43,496 nt of DNA, from IMG/VR virus record IMGVR_UViG_2718218360_000017; one strand, written 5' to 3'. A model generated the notes under the pieces. It was not told the origin of the DNA and did not search any database. It was given only the letters and a program-made list of their open reading frames with translations. The translations under genes were made by a program, and so were the position numbers. The DNA comes from a virus. Taxonomy: Duplodnaviria; Heunggongvirae; Uroviricota; Caudoviricetes. Positions 27,512 through 36,066 of the stretch are shown here, in pieces; within the stretch, counting starts at the first letter, position 1; each line of letters begins with the position of its first letter.

Positions 27512-28264
27512 TTATCTTGTCACTTTTCTCAATTGTGTCTCTGCATATGCTTCTTCCTGCCAGCACTTTGTAACCAGTTTATCAATGATATCTGCATATC
27601 CTTTGTACCACTGATAATCCGTCAGGGCAGGTACCAGCTTCTGGACATGATGCCGCGCCAGTGTGGTTGGTAAACGGCTAAACCGGTTACCATTGCAACG
27701 CCCACAAATCTTATAAACAGGCGTACCATGAAGCCGGGTTCTTTTTTCATCCAGGACAATACCTTTACCCTTACACCCTCTGCACGCTGTGCTGACTTCT
27801 CCCTTACCATGACAATGCTGACATAGTTCCTTCACCCACTCTTCCTTGATAACAGATTCCCCGCTTCTGGAGTGTTTCACCACCTCGCGCAATACATTAT
27901 GAAATCCAGTACCAGCACAATGCTCACAGCGAGCCTTACTTGCCGCAGACCTGGAATAATCAGCAAAGGCAAAATTCACAAGGTAAGGGATGATCTGTAA
28001 CCGGGTTTCTTCACTCAATTTATTCAATGTCGGGTTATCCAGTGCCATCGCGTAATTGAGCAGACCTTCAATCGCAAACTGAGGATCCTGAACACCAACT
28101 TTTGCCAGGAATAAGGCAAAACCCAGTGGTGCTTTCGACTGCACCATCCCCTGCGCAGCAATTACATCCGTAATTGTTAAACCACCAGAGCCTGTCGCCG
28201 GTGCGTCATCACTCAGTTTTGGAGATTTTGGGGAGTAATATTTTGGTAAGGCTTCAAGGTTCAT
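27512..28264 (-). CDS. Q: Late antiterminator Q
   Basis: 250 aa with repeated Cys motifs (CEHCAGTG, CQHCHGKG, CRGCKGKG, CGRCNG); directly upstream of pR'/tR'. Confidence 0.8.
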   Translation of the reverse strand: MNLEALPKYYSPKSPKLSDDAPATGSGGLTITDVIAAQGMVQSKAPLGFALFLAKVGVQDPQFAIEGLLNYAMALDNPTLNKLSEETRLQIIPYLVNFAFADYSRSAASKARCEHCAGTGFHNVLREVVKHSRSGESVIKEEWVKELCQHCHGKGEVSTACRGCKGKGIVLDEKRTRLHGTPVYKICGRCNGNRFSRLPTTLARHHVQKLVPALTDYQWYKGYADIIDKLVTKCWQEEAYAETQLRKVTR

Positions 28265-28277
28265 GCTCGTTCTCCAC

Positions 28278-29273
28278 TTACGCCAGTACGCCTATTGCCA
28301 GCGCACGATCGATAAAACGAAATATCAGCTCCAGCTGGGAGCCATACTTCTCTTCAAATGTCACGGTATCCGCATGCAGCTCGTCGTGATGCTTTCTGCA
28401 CAAAGGCAACACAAAGAGATCATGCGCTTTTGTACCCATTCCACCCTGACCGTGGCCTATCAGGTGGTGGGGATCATCAGCGGGCTTTCCACAACATGCG
28501 CACGGCTGCGTCTTAACCCAGCGCGTGTACTTTTCATTAACCCAGCGGCGACGTTTGGGGCGTAACATAAAAGACTCCGGCGACTCCGGATCCACTTTCA
28601 GCGCCAGCACCTTTTTCGCTTTATCCTGGATGATGCTGGTGGCAGGAACCGAAGGCACAAGGTCACTTTCCCGGGTGACAGACGGCACAACAGGCTTCGG
28701 TAATCTCAGTGCCTTACGGGCTGCACTTTCCGGTAAGGCATCCGCCAGGTCATTACGAATCAGCCACCAGCACAGTTCCGGCATTGTCACAACGTGACTG
28801 TCATCAAAACCGAGATCCCGACGCACAACAGACAACACCCAGCGGGCACAGTTATCCGTTGCCATTGATTCCAGCCGTTCCGTGAACTGATCGCGCAGCT
28901 GGTTATCGCAGTGCCAGCACAGACGGATTGCACCCGGAGCGTGTCGCATTGTGGTCATGTTCTCGCTGTGCCAGTCGGAATGAAGCCACTGGCAGCCTTT
29001 TTCACGAAGTAACCAGCTTTCAAGACATTCCACGCCACCAGCACGACGGATCACTGCCTCATTGCGGAACACGGCCCGAACGGAAGGATCATCCGCCAGC
29101 GGTTGTGATGCCGCCGGAACGGCACCACTAGCGAAAGATGAATAACGTTCCGGCTCAGGCTCCAGCAGGACACGCCCCTGCATAAACAGGGGCATCAGCT
29201 CTGAACCTGGCCTGAACAATACGATCCCCATACGCGGGGCAATTTCAGGGGTCAGTAGTGCTCTCACGGTCAC
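28278..29273 (-). CDS. DUF968/YdfU-like prophage protein with HNH-like Cys/His C-terminal motif
   Basis: 331 aa; C-terminus ..CACCGKPADDPHHLIGHGQGG..CRKHHDELH. Confidence 0.55.
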   Translation of the reverse strand: MTVRALLTPEIAPRMGIVLFRPGSELMPLFMQGRVLLEPEPERYSSFASGAVPAASQPLADDPSVRAVFRNEAVIRRAGGVECLESWLLREKGCQWLHSDWHSENMTTMRHAPGAIRLCWHCDNQLRDQFTERLESMATDNCARWVLSVVRRDLGFDDSHVVTMPELCWWLIRNDLADALPESAARKALRLPKPVVPSVTRESDLVPSVPATSIIQDKAKKVLALKVDPESPESFMLRPKRRRWVNEKYTRWVKTQPCACCGKPADDPHHLIGHGQGGMGTKAHDLFVLPLCRKHHDELHADTVTFEEKYGSQLELIFRFIDRALAIGVLA

Positions 29274-29274
29274 C

Positions 29275-30090
29275 TCAATGAACGGTATCGAGCAGCTTTA
29301 ACAGCTCAGGGAATCGGGATTCGAAGAAATGCGGCTGCGTCTCGCGCGGATTTGCGGGACTGGTGATGTTCTTGCCGAACATGCAGCCTTTCGCCGTCAG
29401 CGACCAGAATTTTTTGATGTTGTTAATCCCGGTACGGCTGTATCGTTCGCGCTGCTCGACGATCCCCAGCTTCACCATCTGGTGATATGCCTGATTAGCC
29501 GTCAGGCGGATACCATACTGCTTCAGCAGTGCACTCAGCGACAGCGTAGGGCGGCTTGAACCATCTGGCGCATCAGCAGGTGCATCAATGGCATAGATCG
29601 GCATAAGTTCAGGAAGACCAGCTACCTTTGATAATTTCTGGTATGCACCAAGTTTCGAGGAGTTTGACAGATTTAGAGTCTTTGCTGCTGATTCAAGCAG
29701 AATGACCCCGGATTTAATTTTGTCGGATGTGGTTTCTTCTGGTGATGAATTATGAAGCGCATCAAAAGTACGTATCACTTTTAAGCTGAATGCCGGGCTG
29801 ATCCACATTGCATATGCATAGACCAGCTCTTTACAGACATACGTCCCACCATTGCGCCCCTGAATGGTGATGACAGGAATACTACGGGAATCTCCCGTAG
29901 TTTCTTCTTCCAGTAATTCCACAAGAGCCTTCGTTTCAGGACGACGCATAAACTCGTGAACTTCCAGCGAACGGGAGGAGCGATTCTCACCAGCGGCAAG
30001 AAGAGCAGCTTTCTGAAGGTCGTTAAGACAGTAGTTAGATTCAAAGTACTGGCGCACAGAAACGCCATCAATTACAAGCAACTGATTCAT
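29275..30090 (-). CDS. KilA-N domain protein (antirepressor-like)
   Basis: N-terminal KilA-N-like segment (..LVIDGVSVRQYFESNYCLNDL..); GGAG Shine-Dalgarno before the internal ATG at about 30090 (track ORF extends to 30186); AT-rich. Confidence 0.65.
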   Translation of the reverse strand: MNQLLVIDGVSVRQYFESNYCLNDLQKAALLAAGENRSSRSLEVHEFMRRPETKALVELLEEETTGDSRSIPVITIQGRNGGTYVCKELVYAYAMWISPAFSLKVIRTFDALHNSSPEETTSDKIKSGVILLESAAKTLNLSNSSKLGAYQKLSKVAGLPELMPIYAIDAPADAPDGSSRPTLSLSALLKQYGIRLTANQAYHQMVKLGIVEQRERYSRTGINNIKKFWSLTAKGCMFGKNITSPANPRETQPHFFESRFPELLKLLDTVH

Positions 30091-30241
30091 TGGTTTCTCC
30101 ACAAATTTCGGGACTGCACTCCCTTTTCGTTGATGCAAGATGAACTTACTGCGATTTTTAATAGTTATCAAGGATACACTGTTCATAAATACAGTATCTT
30201 TAACGAGGTAATACCCAAATTTAGGGTGTTGCTCAATTCCG

Positions 30242-30637
30242 TTACCGAGTTGCTAATTTGCAACTCGCTTTTTCGTACTTACTGATAGTGATCTCGACCT
30301 TCCCTTCCGGGATAACCGGTCCCCACTCCACCAGCATTCTTTTCACCTGACTGTCGTCTTCCCACACACCCGCGTGGGTCAGGGCGTCAAACAGCGCCTT
30401 GTTATAGTTGTCCAGATCGCGGATCCGGTTATCCGGAGGAAACAACACGATCTCCACTGATGCAGGTGCCGACGTTGGTTTTGGCAGACGACGTAACTGC
30501 TCAACTATTGCTGCACACGCCGCGCTCTGGAATTTGCGCCCCGCCGCGCTTATCAGGCTCTTACCAGCAAACGCCCCTTTGTTGGGGTGTCGCCAGTACG
30601 TGTTCACGCTGGGCGGAAAAGGCAGGATCAGCTTCAT
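30242..30637 (-). CDS. rusA: Holliday junction resolvase RusA
   Basis: 131 aa, MKLILPFPPSVNTYWR...IRDLDNYNKALFDALTHAGVWEDDSQV.. typical of RusA. Confidence 0.85.
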   Translation of the reverse strand: MKLILPFPPSVNTYWRHPNKGAFAGKSLISAAGRKFQSAACAAIVEQLRRLPKPTSAPASVEIVLFPPDNRIRDLDNYNKALFDALTHAGVWEDDSQVKRMLVEWGPVIPEGKVEITISKYEKASCKLATR

Positions 30638-30960
30638 ACTTTCAGGCCCCTCTCATGTAACCAGTGGGTTGCACGCAGCCTTGCGTTTTCCTCACCGGCA
30701 AGCAGTGAGTGGATAATCCCGACCGCCTCGCTGTCGTCGTCCTTCACCGCGGTATGAAGCGTTATCCCCCGGGCCACGCCACGCTTTATCGTGATGACGC
30801 CTTTTTTCTCCAGTGCGCGAAGATGCTCTACCGCTGCATTCACTGAACGGTATCCCAGCATGGTTGCCACCTCCTGATTGGTTGGCGGAAAGCCACGCTC
30901 TTTCTGATAAGAAATCAGCATATCCAGCACCTGCTGCTGGCATTGAGTTAATGTCGTCAT
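30634..30960 (-). CDS. LexA-type N-terminal DNA-binding domain protein (no peptidase domain)
   Basis: 108 aa, ..LTQCQQQVLDMLISYQKERGFPPTNQEVATMLGYRSVNAAVEHLRALEKKGVI.. resembling the LexA winged-helix domain. Confidence 0.6.
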   Translation of the reverse strand: MTTLTQCQQQVLDMLISYQKERGFPPTNQEVATMLGYRSVNAAVEHLRALEKKGVITIKRGVARGITLHTAVKDDDSEAVGIIHSLLAGEENARLRATHWLHERGLKV

Positions 30961-31610
30961 GCCGCCATCTCCCTGACCAGTTTTTCCGCCTGCTGGCGAA
31001 CCTGCGCCAGAAACGCCTCACCACATGCCTCAAGTTCATCGCGCCCAATGTAGCTGATTGCCGGTCCCTTCCAGGTCTTGTCAAAAACAGCAATAGCACC
31101 AGCGAAAAAAGCTCCTGTCGGTACCTGCTTCTCGTCTTTCGGGATAAACCAGACAGGCAGTTCAAAACCAATACGCCCGCGAATAAAAGTAATATGATCT
31201 GCATCTTCCGGCCACCACACTTCGCTGGTGGCAGCTTTGATCAGGAAAACATAGCGCCCGCCTTTATCACGCATGGCACTGGCATGCTTCATGATGTAAC
31301 GCATGCCAGTGATGTATTTCCCCTCATGCTGACTGGCGCGGCTGTATGGGGGATTACCAAAGGCAGCACCTTTAAGCTCCGCAAGACGTTCTGACCAGTC
31401 ATGCGCCAGCGCGTTATCTTCCGCCGTGTAATACGCGGCACATTTGGCGTTATCACCGTCAGTAAACAGATCCAGAACAAACGGGCCAAACAGGGTGTTA
31501 ATTCCCCAGAAAATGTTGTCCGGCGTGCGCCACTGATCGCCCACTTCCTTCAGTTCATGGGCTGGTTTGTTCCGCAGTTCCACCAGCGCCTGGCAATATT
31601 TATTACTCAT
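30957..31610 (-). CDS. Phage DNA N6-adenine methyltransferase (Dam-like)
   Basis: NPPY catalytic motif (AFGNPPYSRAS); start MSNKYCQ.. overlapping the upstream stop. Confidence 0.8.
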   Translation of the reverse strand: MSNKYCQALVELRNKPAHELKEVGDQWRTPDNIFWGINTLFGPFVLDLFTDGDNAKCAAYYTAEDNALAHDWSERLAELKGAAFGNPPYSRASQHEGKYITGMRYIMKHASAMRDKGGRYVFLIKAATSEVWWPEDADHITFIRGRIGFELPVWFIPKDEKQVPTGAFFAGAIAVFDKTWKGPAISYIGRDELEACGEAFLAQVRQQAEKLVREMAA

Positions 31611-32104
31611 TAAGCCCCCACGTAATTCCCTGACAGATACCACTCTTCACCCGATGCAGCGCGCTTGCTGCTTTTCCGTAAGCACCGCTCACGACGCGCC
31701 AGAAAATTGTTTTGTTCTGGCTGGGAGTGGCTTTCACGGAATGCCGCCATCCACACGGTTGCAGCACGACGGTATAAGCCCCTGGACTCCAGTTCTTCAG
31801 CCTGGCGGGTCAGGCACAAAATCACCCGTGGATCGTTAGTGCCGACATAGAAATTGCGCACAGGTCTGGTTTCTCGAACTGGTTGTGGTTCCGGTTCCTG
31901 CGCTCTCTCAGTCAGGCGCGGGAAATGTCTGCGTGTATCTCCTTCACAACGGTGAGCCACACGCCCACTCTGACGTAACTTGCTTGCTGACTGCAGAACG
32001 CGCTGCCGTGAGTAACCTGCAAAAGCATCCGCAATGTCTCCGGAAGTACACCCCGGATGGGCTTCAATGAATTTCTGAACTTCATTCAAAAGACTCATGA
32101 TCAC
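31610..32104 (-). CDS. Hypothetical early protein downstream of the replication initiator
   Basis: 164 aa, translationally coupled on both sides (overlapping start/stop). Confidence 0.5.
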   Translation of the reverse strand: MIMSLLNEVQKFIEAHPGCTSGDIADAFAGYSRQRVLQSASKLRQSGRVAHRCEGDTRRHFPRLTERAQEPEPQPVRETRPVRNFYVGTNDPRVILCLTRQAEELESRGLYRRAATVWMAAFRESHSQPEQNNFLARRERCLRKSSKRAASGEEWYLSGNYVGA

Positions 32105-33093
32105 CCCCTGAATCCTGCCGGGATCTGGCTGTAGTCCACGTTGTCGTAACTGGACTTGAAGTACGGGTCTTCGCGTTTTTCGGTGTACGTGCTGACGGAC
32201 GGCGATAAGCGCAGGGAAAGCTCATCCCATTTTTCCCGCAGCTTCGACGGGCTGAGCACGTTACGGCACCAGAACGGATCGCGGCTGACGCGGCAGTACA
32301 TCTCGCAGATTTGTTTGTGAGTACGCCCATCCTGTACACACATCAGGCGAATTTCGTTTGCCCAGGCTGTCCAGTTCGGTTCTTTAGGACGTACCACTTC
32401 GCCGTCACATTCGGCGGCCTGCTCGTACAGAGCGATGATTTTTTTCCAGAGCCACTGTGCGCAGGTCAAATCATCCTGCGTTCCCCACTGGCGCTTTTTA
32501 GGGCTGAATACAACCGCATCAGGATGGCGAGTTAAAAAATCCTGTTCAGCCATCTGCGTGTCCGGTTGCGAAGCGTCCGGACGAGAAGAGGTTTTATTCT
32601 CTGTAGTAATCTCTGTTGTATTCTCTGTAAGATCATTGGGCCATTTTGACCCGATGACAGCGTGTCGTTTTGAACCAATGGATCGTGTCATTTTGCGCCC
32701 ATCCATCAGGTCACTTTGACCCGATGGAGAAGTGCATTTTGACCTAATGGATTCGTTCACTTTGACCTCTTCTAAAAGCTCACTTTCATAGTTGATCGTG
32801 TAGAAGTTGGTCATGTCACGCTTCGATTTATTGAGTTGCTCGCGACGCAAAACCCCAAGTGATTTCAGGCTTGCAAATGTGCGTTTCAGAGTGGACTCTG
32901 ACCAGAACGGAAACTGCTCCAGCCACTGTTCTGTCGTGTTATAAACCCAGCGAATTCCGCCATGCTCAGTGCCGGAATTCGTTTCATTCAGCCAGTAATG
33001 AAGCTGCTGCAACACAATTGCCTCATTCAGACCAATACGGCATGCAAGATCACGATTTATCACAATGGGCTGGGATGTCATTAACAGGCTCAT
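32101..33093 (-). CDS. Replication initiator protein containing the origin iterons within its coding sequence
   Basis: 330 aa; N-terminal HTH-like replisome-organiser region, an iteron-encoded linker, and a C-terminal domain. Confidence 0.7.
   Translation of the reverse strand: MSLLMTSQPIVINRDLACRIGLNEAIVLQQLHYWLNETNSGTEHGGIRWVYNTTEQWLEQFPFWSESTLKRTFASLKSLGVLRREQLNKSKRDMTNFYTINYESELLEEVKVNESIRSKCTSPSGQSDLMDGRKMTRSIGSKRHAVIGSKWPNDLTENTTEITTENKTSSRPDASQPDTQMAEQDFLTRHPDAVVFSPKKRQWGTQDDLTCAQWLWKKIIALYEQAAECDGEVVRPKEPNWTAWANEIRLMCVQDGRTHKQICEMYCRVSRDPFWCRNVLSPSKLREKWDELSLRLSPSVSTYTEKREDPYFKSSYDNVDYSQIPAGFRG
32590..32800. repeat. Phage replication origin: 6-7 iterons (consensus CAYTTTGACCYRATGG, ~23-bp spacing) next to an AT-rich TCTCTGT-repeat segment
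   Basis: cattttgacccgatga / gttttgaaccaatgga / cattttgcgcccatcc / cactttgacccgatgg / cattttgacctaatgg / cactttgacctc, preceded by tctctgtagtaatctctgttgtattctctgt. Confidence 0.65.
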
Positions 33094-33102
33094 GACCGAC
33101 CT

Positions 33103-33441
33103 CTATTTCCCTGAATTTACGACGAAACTGTTCGAGCGGGCTGAAGCACTCATGTTCATAGCCTTCACGGAGGTAGATAACCCGTTGTGTTTCCGGCTCC
33201 CAACGAATGACTCTGACGGGCACTCCGTAGTGATCTTTGAACCAGCGGTTAACTTGTCGCAAAGGACTGTCTCCTTCTGCCGGTTGAAATCCCCCACAGC
33301 CCACTCTGCAAAGCTGTGGGTTACAATTTCCCTGTCACCTGGTACATTCACTGCATAGCAATACTCCACCTTCGCTTTTCCACCCGGTACAGGAAGCGCA
33401 ATCAGTTGCGAGCGACGGTAGTGTGTTGTTAAACTGTTCAT
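33103..33441 (-). CDS. Hypothetical early protein; C-terminal third looks out of frame (possible frameshift with overlapping ORF 33050..33304)
   Basis: Start overlaps the upstream stop (ATGA); two overlapping frames both look protein-like. Confidence 0.4.
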   Translation of the reverse strand: MNSLTTHYRRSQLIALPVPGGKAKVEYCYAVNVPGDREIVTHSFAEWAVGDFNRQKETVLCDKLTAGSKITTECPSESFVGSRKHNGLSTSVKAMNMSASARSNSFVVNSGK

Positions 33442-34022
33442 GCGTTAGTTTCTCCACAACCAGAAGCAATCGACGCCACGACGCCCGGAGCTGCACACTC
33501 GCGGGCGTTACTCTTTTCCGGCGCACAAAAAACACGAAATAACAGTGTTAAATGCTCCTGCCACTTCGCCATTACTTGGTAGCTGTTCTCTTCGATTTGC
33601 TCACGCTCAGCTTGGTCAATAACTCCATCAGCAGTTGCCTTGCGTAAGTACTGGGAATGCTTGCCAATCCATTCTATTGACTCCATCAGCCGCTGATTAA
33701 TGTCACCATTGTCAATGTCATCAATGACCACCAGCGGCACAAACACCCCATTACTACGACGGGCTATTGCATCCGTTACATGCCTGGTACCACTGGCATC
33801 CTGTAAAACCATGGCCCACTCAAGTGGAAAAATTTGATCCCCACCGCTACGCAGTCTGTTATGCAATTGATCTTTTGCTGGGGTGATATCATCAGATTTA
33901 TACAAACCAAGAATTTCTGCTGCTTCCTCATAGCCATGAGGTAAATCAGCAATCGTTCTTCGTATTGCTGCCACCAGCCATGCTGGTTGCTTATCAACTT
34001 TCCATTCAGGTTCTTTACCCAC
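33438..34022 (-). CDS. Early regulatory protein downstream of cro (YdaT/CII-position)
   Basis: 194 aa; position immediately after the cro-like gene; family assignment is a guess. Confidence 0.4.
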   Translation of the reverse strand: MGKEPEWKVDKQPAWLVAAIRRTIADLPHGYEEAAEILGLYKSDDITPAKDQLHNRLRSGGDQIFPLEWAMVLQDASGTRHVTDAIARRSNGVFVPLVVIDDIDNGDINQRLMESIEWIGKHSQYLRKATADGVIDQAEREQIEENSYQVMAKWQEHLTLLFRVFCAPEKSNARECAAPGVVASIASGCGETNA

Positions 34023-34049
34023 GTTTAAGCCCTCATATCTGTGGTGTTT

Positions 34050-34247
34050 TTATGCCGCAGCACTGTTAGTCTTTTGATATAAAGACACGTCAACTTTCAG
34101 TTTCCCGTTAGTAATTTTTTCTAACTGGTACGCTCGGCCTTCAGGAATAATCTCAGGCCACTCTGAAACAGACGGATGCTTAATACCTAGGGCTTCGGCG
34201 GTTTTACAAACTCCGCCGAAATAATTAATCACGTCGGATTTCCGCAT
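34050..34247 (-). CDS. cro: Cro-like HTH repressor (YdaS-type)
   Basis: 65 aa, MRKSDVINYFGGVCKTAEALGIKHPSVSEW.., divergent from cI across the operator region. Confidence 0.6.
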   Translation of the reverse strand: MRKSDVINYFGGVCKTAEALGIKHPSVSEWPEIIPEGRAYQLEKITNGKLKVDVSLYQKTNSAAA

Positions 34248-34269
34248 TTCTGTCTCCCGTTAAATTACG

Positions 34270-34340
34270 TTAAGCAGGAATGTAGGATATCCAACATATC
34301 AATGTCAAGAATCCTACATGAGCATGTGGTAGGATTGCCT
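34270..34340. promoter_or_regulatory. OR operator cluster with divergent pRM/pR
   Basis: Palindromic sites TGTAGGATATCCAACA (34281-34296), AATCCTACAT-gagc-ATGTGGTAGGATT (34310-34336), plus a partial third site. Confidence 0.6.
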
Positions 34341-34342
34341 AC

Positions 34343-34996
34343 ATGATGAACATGAGTGATCGTATTCGCCAAAGGCGAAAAGAACTGAACCTGACACAAC
34401 AAGCACTGGCTGATTTGACTGGTGTGAACCGTGTCACGGTTACTGGATGGGAAAAGGACGACTACCAACCAAATGGAGCCAACCTTCAAGCCCTAGCCAA
34501 CGCACTTAAATGCGATCCTCTGTGGCTTGTTAGCGGAAAAGGCTCGCCTGAACCAAAGATAAATCTAAAACCTGAAATATTCGCAGTTAAAAAAGTCCCC
34601 CTCATCTCGTGGGTTCAGGCGGGTTCATGGACAATGACGGAGCCTGGTGTCAGGAAAGAAGATGCTGAAGAGTGGGTTTATACTACCGCCCTTGTATCAG
34701 AAATGGCATTTGCACTACGGGTCCGTGGTGATTCAATGACCAATCCCCTCGGCTCACCATCGATACCAGAAGGTTCTATCGTTATCGTAGAGCCAGATAT
34801 TATTGATACAGAGTGTATTAACGGAAAAATCGTTGTTGCCCATATCAATGGTGGGCAAGAAGCGACACTCAAAAAATTTGTTGAGGACTGGCCGAACAGG
34901 TATCTCGTCCCACTAAATCCTAACTATAAAACTATTGAATGCGGTGAGAACTGCAGAATAGTTGGTCTTGTCAAACAAGTAATAATGGATTTTTGA
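34343..34996 (+). CDS. cI: cI-type repressor (HTH plus LexA-like S24 autopeptidase domain)
   Basis: 217 aa; N-terminal HTH (..LNLTQQALADLTGVNRVTVTGWE..), C-terminal Ser/Lys dyad context (..VRGDSM.. / ..ATLKKF..). Confidence 0.9.
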   Translation: MMNMSDRIRQRRKELNLTQQALADLTGVNRVTVTGWEKDDYQPNGANLQALANALKCDPLWLVSGKGSPEPKINLKPEIFAVKKVPLISWVQAGSWTMTEPGVRKEDAEEWVYTTALVSEMAFALRVRGDSMTNPLGSPSIPEGSIVIVEPDIIDTECINGKIVVAHINGGQEATLKKFVEDWPNRYLVPLNPNYKTIECGENCRIVGLVKQVIMDF

Positions 34997-35054
34997 CACA
35001 TCTTCCTCACTATCGCAAAACCGGGGTATCCCCGGTTTTTTTATGAGCCTATCT

Positions 35055-35112
35055 TTTTATGTAGGATAACCAACATAAACTCTTGACACTCACATGTTGG
35101 ATATCCTACATT
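35055..35112. promoter_or_regulatory. OL operators and candidate pL
   Basis: Same operator half-sites as OR (ATGTAGGATAACCAACAT, CATGTTGGATATCCTACAT) overlapping -35 TTGACA (35083-35088) and -10-like TACATT. Confidence 0.55.
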
Positions 35113-35264
35113 TGTTTTTAGAGTTGTGGTGAATGCGCAGGCTGATGCGCGAAAGACATTGCAGCTATTGCGGAAAAGAGCTGTTCGGCGGGGCAATTAA
35201 ACGCCCGTGAGAGTCTGAAATAACCGCAAGCCGGAGATCAGCACCGGTCACCACAACAGCCACT

Positions 35265-35307
35265 GCTTTGGCGGTACCAGTTTGTACACTTGCTTCCGGC
35301 TGGTACC
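35265..35307 (+). terminator. Intrinsic terminator about 160 nt downstream of pL
   Basis: gcggtaccag ...loop... ctggtaccgc followed by tcttttt. Confidence 0.55.
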
Positions 35308-35397
35308 GCTCTTTTTACAAAACAGAGAAGAGCATCACCGGACGACGGGCTCATAACCCAATCCATCCGGGCGGCTGCCACCGCAGGTGTTCTTCTC
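35307..35397 (+). ncRNA. Structured RNA element in the pL leader (candidate antitermination/put-like or nut-like element)
   Basis: Long-range stem ACAAAACAGAGAAGAGCA (35307-35328) pairing with TGTTCTTCTCTGTTTTGT (35376-35397); boxA-like CGCTCTTTTTACAA at its 5' side. Confidence 0.3.
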
Positions 35398-35529
35398 TGT
35401 TTTGTGGAGAAACTAACCGCCCCTACGGGGGCATTTATGGAAATGTAATTGACTCAATAATCGCCGGACGGTGAGGGCTTCCTTTTACCCGAATTCAGCG
35501 CGGTGCAGCGCATATACGTGGAGAACAAA

Positions 35530-36066
35530 ATGTCATTTATTAAAACTTTTTCCGGGAAGCATTTTTATTATGACAGGATAAATAAAGACGACATCGTTAT
35601 TAACGATATCGCGGTTTCCCTTTCAAATATCTGTCGCTTTGCAGGACATCTTTCACACTTCTACAGTGTCGCCCAACATGCGGTGCTTTGCAGCCAGCTG
35701 GTGCCGCAGGAATTTGCTTTTGAAGCTTTAATGCATGATGCAACAGAAGCATATTGCCAGGACATCCCCGCACCACTGAAACGACTTCTTCCTGACTATA
35801 AACGGATGGAAGAAAAAATAGACGCCGTAATCCGTGAGAAATACGGGTTACCCCCAGTTATGAGTACGCCCGTGAAATATGCCGATCTTATCATGCTGGC
35901 AACCGAACGCCGCGATCTCGGGCTTGATGATGGCTCTTTCTGGCCTGTACTGGAAGGCATCCCGGCAACAGAGATGTTCAACGTGATTCCACTGGCACCT
36001 AGCCATGCCTACGGGATGTTTATGGAACGTTTTAACGAGTTATCGGAGTTACACAAATGCGCATGA
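35530..36066 (+). CDS. HD-domain phosphohydrolase (YfdR-like 5'-deoxynucleotidase family)
   Basis: H..HD motif (..FAGHLSHFYSVAQHAVL..ALMHDATEAYCQDIP..); ggagaa Shine-Dalgarno before MSFIKTF (track ORF starts 27 nt upstream). Confidence 0.65.
   Translation: MSFIKTFSGKHFYYDRINKDDIVINDIAVSLSNICRFAGHLSHFYSVAQHAVLCSQLVPQEFAFEALMHDATEAYCQDIPAPLKRLLPDYKRMEEKIDAVIREKYGLPPVMSTPVKYADLIMLATERRDLGLDDGSFWPVLEGIPATEMFNVIPLAPSHAYGMFMERFNELSELHKCA

Noticed and set aside
35268-35474. 68-aa ORF downstream of pL as a possible N antiterminator
   Set aside because: No arginine-rich motif, no ribosome-binding site, and it covers the terminator and structured-RNA region; more likely non-coding.
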